Origin: Octopus vulgaris
Taxonomy: Eukaryota
NCBI GenBank assembly: GCA_951406725.2
Contig: OX597817.1
Location: 40,796,001 to 40,860,000 of the forward strand
DNA: 64,000 nucleotides
Direction of reading: 5' to 3'
Under the pieces are notes generated by a model. That model was not told the origin of the DNA, searched no databases, and saw only the letters and a program-made list of their open reading frames with translations. Below, piece after piece: positions 1-14,662 of this stretch. Each line of letters opens with the position of its first letter. The stretch's first letter is position 1. The translations under genes were made by a program, and so were the position numbers.

Positions 1-327
1 AATTTAACCCTTTAATCCTTCAATCCTTAATTTCCATCTTTTCCGCCATTCGTCTTCTTCTTTTCTTCTTCTTCTTCTTCTTAGTCGCCATTACGATTTA
101 CGGTTCCCAATTTTTAGACTTCCTTTCTTCTCCAACAGCGGCTTCCGGCTTTCATATTCGCAGCAAGTTGCAAAAACATTTTATCCCATTATCTTTCGTA
201 CCTCATTCGTTACTATTGTTAAACGTCTGTACTCATACAATAACTGCTTCGTTTTTCCTATCTTTTCTCTACGAAATTTAACCCTTTAATCCTTCAATCC
301 TTAATTTCCATCTTTTCCGCCATTCGT

Positions 328-358
<31 letters not shown>

Positions 359-1418
359 GTCGCCATTACGATTTACGGTTCCCAATTTTTAGACTTCCTT
401 TCTTCTCCAACAGCGGCTTCCGGCTTTCATATTCGCAGCAAGTTGCAAAAACATTTTATCCCATTATCTTTCGTACCTCATTCGTTACTATTGTTAAACG
501 TCTGTACTCATACAATAACTGCTTCGTTTTTCCTATCTTTTCTCTACGAAATTTAACCCTTTAATCCTTCAATCCTTCAATTCCATCTTTTCCGCCATTC
601 GTCTTCTTCTTTTCTTCTTCTTCTTCTTAGTCGCCATTACGATTTACGGTTCCCAATTTTTAGACTTCCTTTCTTCTCCAACAGCGGCTTCCGGCTTTCA
701 TACTCGCAGCAAGTTGCAAAAACATTTTATCCCATTATCTTTCGTACCTCATTCGTTACTATTGTTAAACGTCTGTACTCATACAATAACTGCTTCGTTT
801 TTCCTATCTTTTCTCTACGAAATTTAACCCTTTAATCCTTCAATCCTTAATTTCCATCTTTTCCGCCATTCGTCTTCTTCTTTCTTCTTCTTCTTCTTCT
901 TCTTAGTCGCCATTACGATTTACGGTTCCCAATTTTTAGACTTCCTTTCTTCTCCAACAGCGGCTTCCGGCTTTCATATTCGCAGCAAGTTGCAAAAACA
1001 TTTTATCCCATTATCTTTCGTACCTCATTCGTTACTATTGTTAAACGTCTGTACTCATACAATAACTGCTTCGTTTTTCCTATCTTTTCTCTACGAAATT
1101 TAATCCTTCAATCCTTCAATTCCATCTTTTCCGCCATTCGTCTTCTTCTTTTCTTCTTCTTCTTCTTCTTCTTAGTCGCCATTTGATTTACGGTTCCCAA
1201 TTTTTAGACTTCCTTTCTTCTCCAACAGCGGCTTCCGGCTTTCATATTCGCAGCAAGTTGCAAAAACATTTTATCCCATTATCTTTCGTACCTCATTCGT
1301 TACTATTGTTAAACGTCTGTACTCATACAATAACTGCTTCGTTTTTCCTATCTTTTCTCTACGAAATTTAACCCTTTAATCCTTCAATCCTTCAATTTCC
1401 ATCTTTTCCGCCATTCGT

Positions 1419-1449
<31 letters not shown>

Positions 1450-1696
1450 GTCGCCATTACGATTTACGGTTCCCAATTTTTAGACTTCCTTTCTTCTCCA
1501 ACAGCGGCTTCCGGCTTTCATATTCGCAGCAAGTTGCAAAAACATTTTATCCCATTATCTTTCGTACCTCATTCGTTACTATTGTTAAACGTCTGTACTC
1601 ATACAATAACTGCTTCGTTTTTCCTCCTATCTTTTCTCTACGAAATTTAACCCTTTAATCCTTCAATCCTTCAATTCCATCTTTTCCGCCATTCGT

Positions 1697-1727
<31 letters not shown>

Positions 1728-1971
1728 GTCGCCATTACGATTTACGGTTCCCAATTTTTAGACTTCCTTTCTTCTCCAACAGCGGCTTCCGGCTTTCATA
1801 TTCGCAGCAAGTTGCAAAAACATTTTATCCCATTATCTTTCGTACCTCATTCGTTACTATTGTTAAACGTCTGTACTCATACAATAACTGCTTCGTTTTT
1901 CCTATCTTTTCTCTACGAAATTTAACCCTTTAATCCTTCAATCCTTAATTTCCATCTTTTCCGCCATTCGT

Positions 1972-2002
<31 letters not shown>

Positions 2003-2246
2003 GTCGCCATTACGATTTACGGTTCCCAATTTTTAGACTTCCTTTCTTCTCCAACAGCGGCTTCCGGCTTTCATATTCGCAGCAAGTTGCAAAAACATTT
2101 TATCCCATTATCTTTCGTACCTCATTCGTTACTATTGTTAAACGTCTGTACTCATACAATAACTGCTTCGTTTTTCCTATCTTTTCTCTACGAAATTTAA
2201 CCCTTTAATCCTTCAATCCTTAATTTCCATCTTTTCCGCCATTCGT

Positions 2247-2277
<31 letters not shown>

Positions 2278-3893
2278 GTCGCCATTACGATTTACGGTTC
2301 CCAATTTTTAGACTTCCTTTCTTCTCCAACAGCGGCTTCCGGCTTTCATATTCGCAGCAAGTTGCAAAAACATTTTATCCCATTATCTTTCGTACCTCAT
2401 TCGTTACTATTGTTAAACGTCTGTACTCATACAATAACTGCTTCGTTTTTCCTATCTTTTCTCTACGAAATTTAACCCTTTAATCCTTCAATCCTTAATT
2501 TCCATCTTTTCCGCCATTCGTCTTCTTCTTTCTTCTTCTTCTTCTTCTTCTTAGTCGCCATTACGATTTACGGTTCCCAATTTTTAGACTTCCTTTCTTC
2601 TCCAACAGCGGCTTCCGGCTTTCATATTCGCAGCAAGTTGCAAAAACATTTTATCCCATTATCTTTCGTACCTCATTCGTTACTATTGTTAAACGTCTGT
2701 ACTCATACAATAACTGCTTCGTTTTTCCTATCTTTTCTCTACGAAATTTAACCCTTTAATCCTTCAATCCTTAATTTCCATCTTTTCCGCCATTCGTCTT
2801 CTTCTTTCTTCTTCTTCTTCTTCTTCTTAGTCGCCATTACGATTTACGGTTCCCAATTTTTAGACTTCCTTTCTTCTCCAACAGCGGCTTCCGGCTTTCA
2901 TATTCGCAGCAAGTTGCAAAAACATTTTATCCCATTATCTTTCGTACCTCATTCGTTACTATTGTTAAACGTCTGTACTCATACAATAACTGCTTCGTTT
3001 TTCCTATCTTTTCTCTACGAAATTTAACCCTTTAATCCTTCAATCCTTAATTTCCATCTTTTCCGCCATTCGTCTTCTTCTTTTCTTCTTCTTCTTCTTC
3101 TTAGTCGCCATTACGATTTACGGTTCCCAATTTTTAGACTTCCTTTCTTCTCCAACAGCGGCTTCCGGCTTTCATATTCGCAGCAAGTTGCAAAAACATT
3201 TTATCCCATTATCTTTCGTACCTCATTCGTTACTATTGTTAAACGTCTGTACTCATACAATAACTGCTTCGTTTTTCCTATCTTTTCTCTACGAAATTTA
3301 ACCCTTCAATCCTTCAATTCCATCTTTTCCGCCATTCGTCTTCTTCTTTTCTTCTTCTTCTTCTTCTTCTTAGTCGCCATTACGATTTACGGTTCCCAAT
3401 TTTTAGACTTCCTTTCTTCTCCAACAGCGGCTTCCGGCTTTCATATTCGCAGCAAGTTGCAAAAACATTTTATCCCATTATCTTTCGTACCTCATTCGTT
3501 ACTATTGTTAAACGTCTGTACTCATACAATAACTGCTTCGTTTTTCCTATCTTTTCTCTACGAAATTTAACCCTTTAATCCTTCAATCCTTAATTTCCAT
3601 CTTTTCCGCCATTCGTCTTCTTCTTTTCTTCTTCTTCTTCTTCTTCTTAGTCGCCATTACGATTTACGGTTCCCAATTTTTAGACTTCCTTTCTTCTCCA
3701 ACAGCGGCTTCCGGCTTTCATATTCGCAGCAAGTTGCAAAAACATTTTATCCCATTATCTTTCGTACCTCATTCGTTACTATTGTTAAACGTCTGTACTC
3801 ATACAATAACTGCTTCGTTTTTCCTATCTTTTCTCTACGAAATTTAACCCTTTAATCCTTCAATCCTTAATTTCCATCTTTTCCGCCATTCGT

Positions 3894-3924
<31 letters not shown>

Positions 3925-4437
3925 GTCGCCATTACGATTTACGGTTCCCAATTTTTAGACTTCCTTTCTTCTCCAACAGCGGCTTCCGGCTTTCATATTC
4001 GCAGCAAGTTGCAAAAACATTTTATCCCATTATCTTTCGTACCTCATTCGTTACTATTGTTAAACGTCTGTACTCATACAATAACTGCTTCGTTTTTCCT
4101 ATCTTTTCTCTACGAAATTTAACCCTTTAATCCTTCAATCCTTAATTTCCATCTTTTCCGCCATTCGTCTTCTTCTTCTTCTTCTTCTTCTTAGTCGCCA
4201 TTACGATTTACGGTTCCCAATTTTTAGACTTCCTTTCTTCTCCAACAGCGGCTTCCGGCTTTCATATTCGCAGCAAGTTGCAAAAACATTTTATCCCATT
4301 ATCTTTCGTACCTCATTCGTTACTATTGTTAAACGTCTGTACTCATACAATAACTGCTTCGTTTTTCCTATCTTTTCTCTACGAAATTTAACCCTTTAAT
4401 CCTTCAATCCTTAATTTCCATCTTTTCCGCCATTCGT

Positions 4438-4468
<31 letters not shown>

Positions 4469-5267
4469 GTCGCCATTACGATTTACGGTTCCCAATTTTT
4501 AGACTTCCTTTCTTCTCCAACAGCGGCTTCCGGCTTTCATATTCGCAGCAAGTTGCAAAAACATTTTATCCCATTATCTTTCGTACCTCATTCGTTACTA
4601 TTGTTAAACGTCTGTACTCATACAATAACTGCTTCGTTTTTCCTATCTTTTCTCTACGAAATTTAACCCTTTAATCCTTCAATCCTTAATTTCCATCTTT
4701 TCCGCCATTCGTCTTCTTTTTCTTCTTCTTCTTCTTCTTCTTCTTAGTCGCCATTACGATTTACGGTTCCCAATTTTTAGACTTCCTTTCTTCTCCAACA
4801 GCGGCTTCCGGCTTTCATATTCGCAGCAAGTTGCAAAAACATTTTATCCCATTATCTTTCGTACCTCATTCGTTACTATTGTTAAACGTCTGTACTCATA
4901 CAATAACTGCTTCGTTTTTCCTATCTTTTCTCTACGAAATTTAACCCTTTAATCCTTCAATCCTTAATTTCCATCTTTTCCGCCATTCGTCTTCTTCTTT
5001 TCTTCTTCTTCTTCTTCTTCTTAGTCGCCATTACGATTTACGGTTCCCAATTTTTAGACTTCCTTTCTTCTCCAACAGCGGCTTCCGGCTTTCATATTCG
5101 CAGCAAGTTGCAAAAACATTTTATCCCATTATCTTTCGTACCTCATTCGTTACTATTGTTAAACGTCTGTACTCATACAATAACTGCTTCGTTTTTCCTA
5201 TCTTTTCTCTACGAAATTTAACCCTTTAATCCTTCAATCCTTAATTTCCATCTTTTCCGCCATTCGT

Positions 5268-5298
<31 letters not shown>

Positions 5299-5818
5299 GT
5301 CGCCATTACGATTTACGGTTCCCAATTTTTAGACTTCCTTTCTTCTCCAACAGCGGCTTCCGGCTTTCATATTCGCAGCAAGTTGCAAAAACATTTTATC
5401 CCATTATCTTTCGTACCTCATTCGTTACTATTGTTAAACGTCTGTACTCATACAATAACTGCTTCGTTTTTCCTATCTTTTCTCTACGAAATTTAACCCT
5501 TTAATCCTTCAATCCTTCCTTAATTTCCATCTTTTCCGCCATTCGTCTTCTTCTTCTTCTTCTTCTTCTTCTTAGTCGCCATTACGATTTACGGTTCCCA
5601 ATTTTTAGACTTCCTTTCTTCTCCAACAGCGGCTTCCGGCTTTCATATTCGCAGCAAGTTGCAAAAACATTTTATCCCATTATCTTTCGTACCTCATTCG
5701 TTACTATTGTTAAACGTCTGTACTCATACAATAACTGCTTCGTTTTTCCTATCTTTTCTCTACGAAATTTAACCCTTTAATCCTTCAATCCTTAATTTCC
5801 ATCTTTTCCGCCATTCGT

Positions 5819-5849
<31 letters not shown>

Positions 5850-6652
5850 GTCGCCATTACGATTTACGGTTCCCAATTTTTAGACTTCCTTTCTTCTCCA
5901 ACAGCGGCTTCCGGCTTTCATATTCGCAGCAAGTTGCAAAAACATTTTATCCCATTATCTTTCGTACCTCATTCGTTACTATTGTTAAACGTCTGTACTC
6001 ATACAATAACTGCTTCGTTTTTCCTATCTTTTCTCTACGAAATTTAACCCTTTAATCCTTCAATCCTTCCTTAATTTCCATCTTTTCCGCCATTCGTCTT
6101 CTTCTTTTCTTCTTCTTCTTCTTCTTCTTAGTCGCCATTACGATTTACGGTTCCCAATTTTTAGACTTCCTTTCTTCTCCAACAGCGGCTTCCGGCTTTC
6201 ATATTCGCAGCAAGTTGCAAAAACATTTTATCCCATTATCTTTCGTACCTCATTCGTTACTATTGTTAAACGTCTGTACTCATACAATAACTGCTTCGTT
6301 TTTCCTATCTTTTCTCTACGAAATTTAACCCTTTAATCCTTCAATCCTTAATTTCCATCTTTTCCGCCATTCGTCTTCTTCTTTTTCTTCTTCTTCTTCT
6401 TCTTAGTCGCCATTACGATTTACGGTTCCCAATTTTTAGACTTCCTTTCTTCTCCAACAGCGGCTTCCGGCTTTCATATTCGCAGCAAGTTGCAAAAACA
6501 TTTTATCCCATTATCTTTCGTACCTCATTCGTTACTATTGTTAAACGTCTGTACTCATACAATAACTGCTTCGTTTTTCCTATCTTTTCTCTACGAAATT
6601 TAACCCTTTAATCCTTCAATCCTTAATTTCCATCTTTTCCGCCATTCGTCTT

Positions 6653-6683
<31 letters not shown>

Positions 6684-6927
6684 GTCGCCATTACGATTTA
6701 CGGTTCCCAATTTTTAGACTTCCTTTCTTCTCCAACAGCGGCTTCCGGCTTTCATATTCGCAGCAAGTTGCAAAAACATTTTATCCCATTATCTTTCGTA
6801 CCTCATTCGTTACTATTGTTAAACGTCTGTACTCATACAATAACTGCTTCGTTTTTCCTATCTTTTCTCTACGAAATTTAACCCTTTAATCCTTCAATCC
6901 TTAATTTCCATCTTTTCCGCCATTCGT

Positions 6928-6958
<31 letters not shown>

Positions 6959-7476
6959 GTCGCCATTACGATTTACGGTTCCCAATTTTTAGACTTCCTT
7001 TCTTCTCCAACAGCGGCTTCCGGCTTTCATATTCGCAGCAAGTTGCAAAAACATTTTATCCCATTATCTTTCGTACCTCATTCGTTACTATTGTTAAACG
7101 TCTGTACTCATACAATAACTGCTTCGTTTTTCCTATCTTTTCTCTACGAAATTTAACCCTTTAATCCTTCAATCCTTAATTTCCATCTTTTCCGCCATTC
7201 GTCTTCTTCTTTTCTTCTTCTTCTTCTTCTTAGTCGCCATTACGATTTACGGTTCCCAATTTTTAGACTTCCTTTCTTCTCCAACAGCGGCTTCCGGCTT
7301 TCATATTCGCAGCAAGTTGCAAAAACATTTTATCCCATTATCTTTCGTACCTCATTCGTTACTATTGTTAAACGTCTGTACTCATACAATAACTGCTTCG
7401 TTTTTCCTATCTTTTCTCTACGAAATTTAACCCTTTAATCCTTCAATCCTTAATTTCCATCTTTTCCGCCATTCGT

Positions 7477-7507
<31 letters not shown>

Positions 7508-7751
7508 GTCGCCATTACGATTTACGGTTCCCAATTTTTAGACTTCCTTTCTTCTCCAACAGCGGCTTCCGGCTTTCATATTCGCAGCAAGTTGCAAAAA
7601 CATTTTATCCCATTATCTTTCGTACCTCATTCGTTACTATTGTTAAACGTCTGTACTCATACAATAACTGCTTCGTTTTTCCTATCTTTTCTCTACGAAA
7701 TTTAACCCTTTAATCCTTCAATCCTTAATTTCCATCTTTTCCGCCATTCGT

Positions 7752-7782
<31 letters not shown>

Positions 7783-8026
7783 GTCGCCATTACGATTTAC
7801 GGTTCCCAATTTTTAGACTTCCTTTCTTCTCCAACAGCGGCTTCCGGCTTTCATATTCGCAGCAAGTTGCAAAAACATTTTATCCCATTATCTTTCGTAC
7901 CTCATTCGTTACTATTGTTAAACGTCTGTACTCATACAATAACTGCTTCGTTTTTCCTATCTTTTCTCTACGAAATTTAACCCTTTAATCCTTCAATCCT
8001 TAATTTCCATCTTTTCCGCCATTCGT

Positions 8027-8057
<31 letters not shown>

Positions 8058-9397
8058 GTCGCCATTACGATTTACGGTTCCCAATTTTTAGACTTCCTTT
8101 CTTCTCCAACAGCGGCTTCCGGCTTTCATATTCGCAGCAAGTTGCAAAAACATTTTATCCCATTATCTTTCGTACCTCATTCGTTACTATTGTTAAACGT
8201 CTGTACTCATACAATAACTGCTTCGTTTTTCCTATCTTTTCTCTACGAAATTTAACCCTTTAATCCTTCAATCCTTAATTTCCATCTTTTCCGCCATTCG
8301 TCTTCTTCTTCTTCTTCTTCTTCTTCTTAGTCGCCATTACGATTTACGGTTCCCAATTTTTAGACTTCCTTTCTTCTCCAACAGCGGCTTCCGGCTTTCA
8401 TATTCGCAGCAAGTTGCAAAAACATTTTATCCCATTATCTTTCGTACCTCATTCGTTACTATTGTTAAACGTCTGTACTCATACAATAACTGCTTCGTTT
8501 TTCCTATCTTTTCTCTACGAAATTTAACCCTTTAATCCTTCAATCCTTAATTTCCATCTTTTCCGCCATTCGTCTTCTTCTTCTTCTTCTTCTTCTTCTT
8601 AGTCGCCATTACGATTTACGGTTCCCAATTTTTAGACTTCCTTTCTTCTCCAACAGCGGCTTCCGGCTTTCATATTCGCAGCAAGTTGCAAAAACATTTT
8701 ATCCCATTATCTTTCGTACCTCATTCGTTACTATTGTTAAACGTCTGTACTCATACAATAACTGCTTCGTTTTTCCTATCTTTTCTCTACGAAATTTAAC
8801 CCTTTAATCCTTCAATCCTTAATTTCCATCTTTTCCGCCATTCGTCTTCTTCTTCTTCTTCTTCTTCTTCTTAGTCGCCATTACGATTTACGGTTCCCAA
8901 TTTTTAGACTTCCTTTCTTCTCCAACAGCGGCTTCCGGCTTTCATATTCGCAGCAAGTTGCAAAAACATTTTATCCCATTATCTTTCGTACCTCATTCGT
9001 TACTATTGTTAAACGTCTGTACTCATACAATAACTGCTTCGTTTTTCCTATCTTTTCTCTACGAAATTTAACCCTTTAATCCTTCAATCCTTAATTTCCA
9101 TCTTTTCCGCCATTCGTCTTCTTCTTTTCTTCTTCTTCTTCTTCTTCTTCTTAGTCGCCATTACGATTTACGGTTCCCAATTTTTAGACTTCCTTTCTTC
9201 TCCAACAGCGGCTTCCGGCTTTCATATTCGCAGCAAGTTGCAAAAACATTTTATCCCATTATCTTTCGTACCTCATTCGTTACTATTGTTAAACGTCTGT
9301 ACTCATACAATAACTGCTTCGTTTTTCCTATCTTTTCTCTACGAAATTTAACCCTTTAATCCTTCAATCCTTAATTTCCATCTTTTCCGCCATTCGT

Positions 9398-9428
<31 letters not shown>

Positions 9429-10220
9429 GTCGCCATTACGATTTACGGTTCCCAATTTTTAGACTTCCTTTCTTCTCCAACAGCGGCTTCCGGCTTTCAT
9501 ATTCGCAGCAAGTTGCAAAAACATTTTATCCCATTATCTTTCGTACCTCATTCGTTACTATTGTTAAACGTCTGTACTCATACAATAACTGCTTCGTTTT
9601 TCCTATCTTTTCTCTACGAAATTTAACCCTTTAATCCTTCAATCCTTAATTTCCATCTTTTCCGCCATTCGTCTTCTTCTTTTCTTCTTCTTCTTCTTAG
9701 TCGCCATTTGATTTACGGTTCCCAATTTTTAGACTTCCTTTCTTCTCCAACAGCGGCTTCCGGCTTTCATATTCGCAGCAAGTTGCAAAAACATTTTATC
9801 CCATTATCTTTCGTACCTCATTCGTTACTATTGTTAAACGTCTGTACTCATACAATAACTGCTTCGTTTTTCCTATCTTTTCTCTACGAAATTTAACCCT
9901 TTAATCCTTCAATCCTTCAATTCCATCTTTTCCGCCATTCGTCATTCTTCTTTTCTTCTTCTTCTTCTTCTTCTTAGTCGCCATTACGATTTACGGTTCC
10001 CAATTTTTAGACTTCCTTTCTTCTCCAACAGCGGCTTCCGGCTTTCATATTCGCAGCAAGTTGCAAAAACATTTTATCCCATTATCTTTCGTACCTCATT
10101 CGTTACTATTGTTAAACGTCTGTACTCATACAATAACTGCTTCGTTTTTCCTATCTTTTCTCTACGAAATTTAACCCTTTAATCCTTCAATCCTTAATTT
10201 CCATCTTTTCCGCCATTCGT

Positions 10221-10251
<31 letters not shown>

Positions 10252-10771
10252 GTCGCCATTACGATTTACGGTTCCCAATTTTTAGACTTCCTTTCTTCTC
10301 CAACAGCGGCTTCCGGCTTTCATATTCGCAGCAAGTTGCAAAAACATTTTATCCCATTATCTTTCGTACCTCATTCGTTACTATTGTTAAACGTCTGTAC
10401 TCATACAATAACTGCTTCGTTTTTCCTATCTTTTCTCTACGAAATTTAACCCTTTAATCCTTCAATCCTTAATTTCCATCTTTTCCGCCATTCGTCTTCT
10501 TCTTTCTTCTTCTTCTTCTTCTTCTTAGTCGCCATTACGATTTACGGTTCCCAATTTTTAGACTTCCTTTCTTCTCCAACAGCGGCTTCCGGCTTTCATA
10601 TTCGCAGCAAGTTGCAAAAACATTTTATCCCATTATCTTTCGTACCTCATTCGTTACTATTGTTAAACGTCTGTACTCATACAATAACTGCTTCGTTTTT
10701 CCTATCTTTTCTCTACGAAATTTAACCCTTTAATCCTTCAATCCTTAATTTCCATCTTTTCCGCCATTCGT

Positions 10772-10802
<31 letters not shown>

Positions 10803-11323
10803 GTCGCCATTACGATTTACGGTTCCCAATTTTTAGACTTCCTTTCTTCTCCAACAGCGGCTTCCGGCTTTCATATTCGCAGCAAGTTGCAAAAACATTT
10901 TATCCCATTATCTTTCGTACCTCATTCGTTACTATTGTTAAACGTCTGTACTCATACAATAACTGCTTCGTTTTTCCTATCTTTTCTCTACGAAATTTAA
11001 CCCTTTAATCCTTCAATCCTTAATTTCCATCTTTTCCGCCATTCGTCTTCTTCTTTTCTTCTTCTTCTTCTTCTTCTTAGTCGCCATTACGATTTACGGT
11101 TCCCAATTTTTAGACTTCCTTTCTTCTCCAACAGCGGCTTCCGGCTTTCATATTCGCAGCAAGTTGCAAAAACATTTTATCCCATTATCTTTCGTACCTC
11201 ATTCGTTACTATTGTTAAACGTCTGTACTCATACAATAACTGCTTCGTTTTTCCTATCTTTTCTCTACGAAATTTAACCCTTTAATCCTTCAATCCTTAA
11301 TTTCCATCTTTTCCGCCATTCGT

Positions 11324-11354
<31 letters not shown>

Positions 11355-11598
11355 GTCGCCATTACGATTTACGGTTCCCAATTTTTAGACTTCCTTTCTT
11401 CTCCAACAGCGGCTTCCGGCTTTCATATTCGCAGCAAGTTGCAAAAACATTTTATCCCATTATCTTTCGTACCTCATTCGTTACTATTGTTAAACGTCTG
11501 TACTCATACAATAACTGCTTCGTTTTTCCTATCTTTTCTCTACGAAATTTAACCCTTTAATCCTTCAATCCTTAATTTCCATCTTTTCCGCCATTCGT

Positions 11599-11629
<31 letters not shown>

Positions 11630-11873
11630 GTCGCCATTACGATTTACGGTTCCCAATTTTTAGACTTCCTTTCTTCTCCAACAGCGGCTTCCGGCTTTCA
11701 TATTCGCAGCAAGTTGCAAAAACATTTTATCCCATTATCTTTCGTACCTCATTCGTTACTATTGTTAAACGTCTGTACTCATACAATAACTGCTTCGTTT
11801 TTCCTATCTTTTCTCTACGAAATTTAACCCTTTAATCCTTCAATCCTTAATTTCCATCTTTTCCGCCATTCGT

Positions 11874-11904
<31 letters not shown>

Positions 11905-12148
11905 GTCGCCATTACGATTTACGGTTCCCAATTTTTAGACTTCCTTTCTTCTCCAACAGCGGCTTCCGGCTTTCATATTCGCAGCAAGTTGCAAAAACAT
12001 TTTATCCCATTATCTTTCGTACCTCATTCGTTACTATTGTTAAACGTCTGTACTCATACAATAACTGCTTCGTTTTTCCTATCTTTTCTCTACGAAATTT
12101 AACCCTTTAATCCTTCAATCCTTAATTTCCATCTTTTCCGCCATTCGT

Positions 12149-12179
<31 letters not shown>

Positions 12180-12702
12180 GTCGCCATTACGATTTACGGT
12201 TCCCAATTTTTAGACTTCCTTTCTTCTCCAACAGCGGCTTCCGGCTTTCATATTCGCAGCAAGTTGCAAAAACATTTTATCCCATTATCTTTCGTACCTC
12301 ATTCGTTACTATTGTTAAACGTCTGTACTCATACAATAACTGCTTCGTTTTTCCTATCTTTTCTCTACGAAATTTAACCCTTTAATCCTTCAATCCTTAA
12401 TTTCCATCTTTTCCGCCATTCGTCTTCTTCTTTCTTCTTCTTCTTCTTCTTCTTAGTCGCCATTACGATTTACGGTTCCCAATTTTTAGACTTCCTTTCT
12501 TCTCCAACAGCGGCTTCCGGCTTTCATATTCGCAGCAAGTTGCAAAAACATTTTATCCCATTATCTTTCGTACCTCATTCGTTACTATTGTTAAACGTCT
12601 GTACTCATACAATAACTGCTTCGTTTTTCCTATCTTTTCTCTACGAAATTTAACCCTTTAATCCTTCAATCCTTAATTTCCATCTTTTCCGCCATTCGTC
12701 TT

Positions 12703-12733
<31 letters not shown>

Positions 12734-13251
12734 GTCGCCATTACGATTTACGGTTCCCAATTTTTAGACTTCCTTTCTTCTCCAACAGCGGCTTCCGGCT
12801 TTCATATTCGCAGCAAGTTGCAAAAACATTTTATCCCATTATCTTTCGTACCTCATTCGTTACTATTGTTAAACGTCTGTACTCATACAATAACTGCTTC
12901 GTTTTTCCTATCTTTTCTCTACGAAATTTAACCCTTTAATCCTTCAATCCTTAATTTCCATCTTTTCCGCCATTCGTCTTCTTTTCTTCTTCTTCTTCTT
13001 CTTCTTAGTCGCCATTACGATTTACGGTTCCCAATTTTTAGACTTCCTTTCTTCTCCAACAGCGGCTTCCGGCTTTCATATTCGCAGCAAGTTGCAAAAA
13101 CATTTTATCCCATTATCTTTCGTACCTCATTCGTTACTATTGTTAAACGTCTGTACTCATACAATAACTGCTTCGTTTTTCCTATCTTTTCTCTACGAAA
13201 TTTAACCCTTTAATCCTTCAATCCTTAATTTCCATCTTTTCCGCCATTCGT

Positions 13252-13282
<31 letters not shown>

Positions 13283-13526
13283 GTCGCCATTACGATTTAC
13301 GGTTCCCAATTTTTAGACTTCCTTTCTTCTCCAACAGCGGCTTCCGGCTTTCATATTCGCAGCAAGTTGCAAAAACATTTTATCCCATTATCTTTCGTAC
13401 CTCATTCGTTACTATTGTTAAACGTCTGTACTCATACAATAACTGCTTCGTTTTTCCTATCTTTTCTCTACGAAATTTAACCCTTTAATCCTTCAATCCT
13501 TAATTTCCATCTTTTCCGCCATTCGT

Positions 13527-13557
<31 letters not shown>

Positions 13558-14078
13558 GTCGCCATTACGATTTACGGTTCCCAATTTTTAGACTTCCTTT
13601 CTTCTCCAACAGCGGCTTCCGGCTTTCATATTCGCAGCAAGTTGCAAAAACATTTTATCCCATTATCTTTCGTACCTCATTCGTTACTATTGTTAAACGT
13701 CTGTACTCATACAATAACTGCTTCGTTTTTCCTATCTTTTCTCTACGAAATTTAACCCTTTAATCCTTCAATCCTTAATTTCCATCTTTTCCGCCATTCG
13801 TCTTCTTCTTTTCTTCTTCTTCTTCTTCTTCTTAGTCGCCATTACGATTTACGGTTCCCAATTTTTAGACTTCCTTTCTTCTCCAACAGCGGCTTCCGGC
13901 TTTCATATTCGCAGCAAGTTGCAAAAACATTTTATCCCATTATCTTTCGTACCTCATTCGTTACTATTGTTAAACGTCTGTACTCATACAATAACTGCTT
14001 CGTTTTTCCTATCTTTTCTCTACGAAATTTAACCCTTTAATCCTTCAATCCTTAATTTCCATCTTTTCCGCCATTCGT

Positions 14079-14109
<31 letters not shown>

Positions 14110-14631
14110 GTCGCCATTACGATTTACGGTTCCCAATTTTTAGACTTCCTTTCTTCTCCAACAGCGGCTTCCGGCTTTCATATTCGCAGCAAGTTGCAAA
14201 AACATTTTATCCCATTATCTTTCGTACCTCATTCGTTACTATTGTTAAACGTCTGTACTCATACAATAACTGCTTCGTTTTTCCTATCTTTTCTCTACGA
14301 AATTTAACCCTTTAATCCTTCAATCCTTAATTTCCATCTTTTCCGCCATTCGTCTTCTTCTTTTCTTCTTCTTCTTCTTCTTCTTAGTCGCCATTACGAT
14401 TTACGGTTCCCAATTTTTAGACTTCCTTTCTTCTCCAACAGCGGCTTCCGGCTTTCATATTCGCAGCAAGTTGCAAAAACATTTTATCCCATTATCTTTC
14501 GTACCTCATTCGTTACTATTGTTAAACGTCTGTACTCATACAATAACTGCTTCGTTTTTCCTATCTTTTCTCTACGAAATTTAACCCTTTAATCCTTCAA
14601 TCCTTCAATTTCCATCTTTTCCGCCATTCGT

Positions 14632-14662
<31 letters not shown>

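Noticed and set aside
180-250. Hammerhead in the satellite monomer (minus strand ATGA-GTAC...GTAC-GAAA)
   Set aside because: Core reads TGTATGA, not CTGANGA, and stems I and III cannot be formed.
1183-1371. 62-aa ORF (also at 9708-9896)
   Set aside because: TTG start created by a satellite variant; no protein features.
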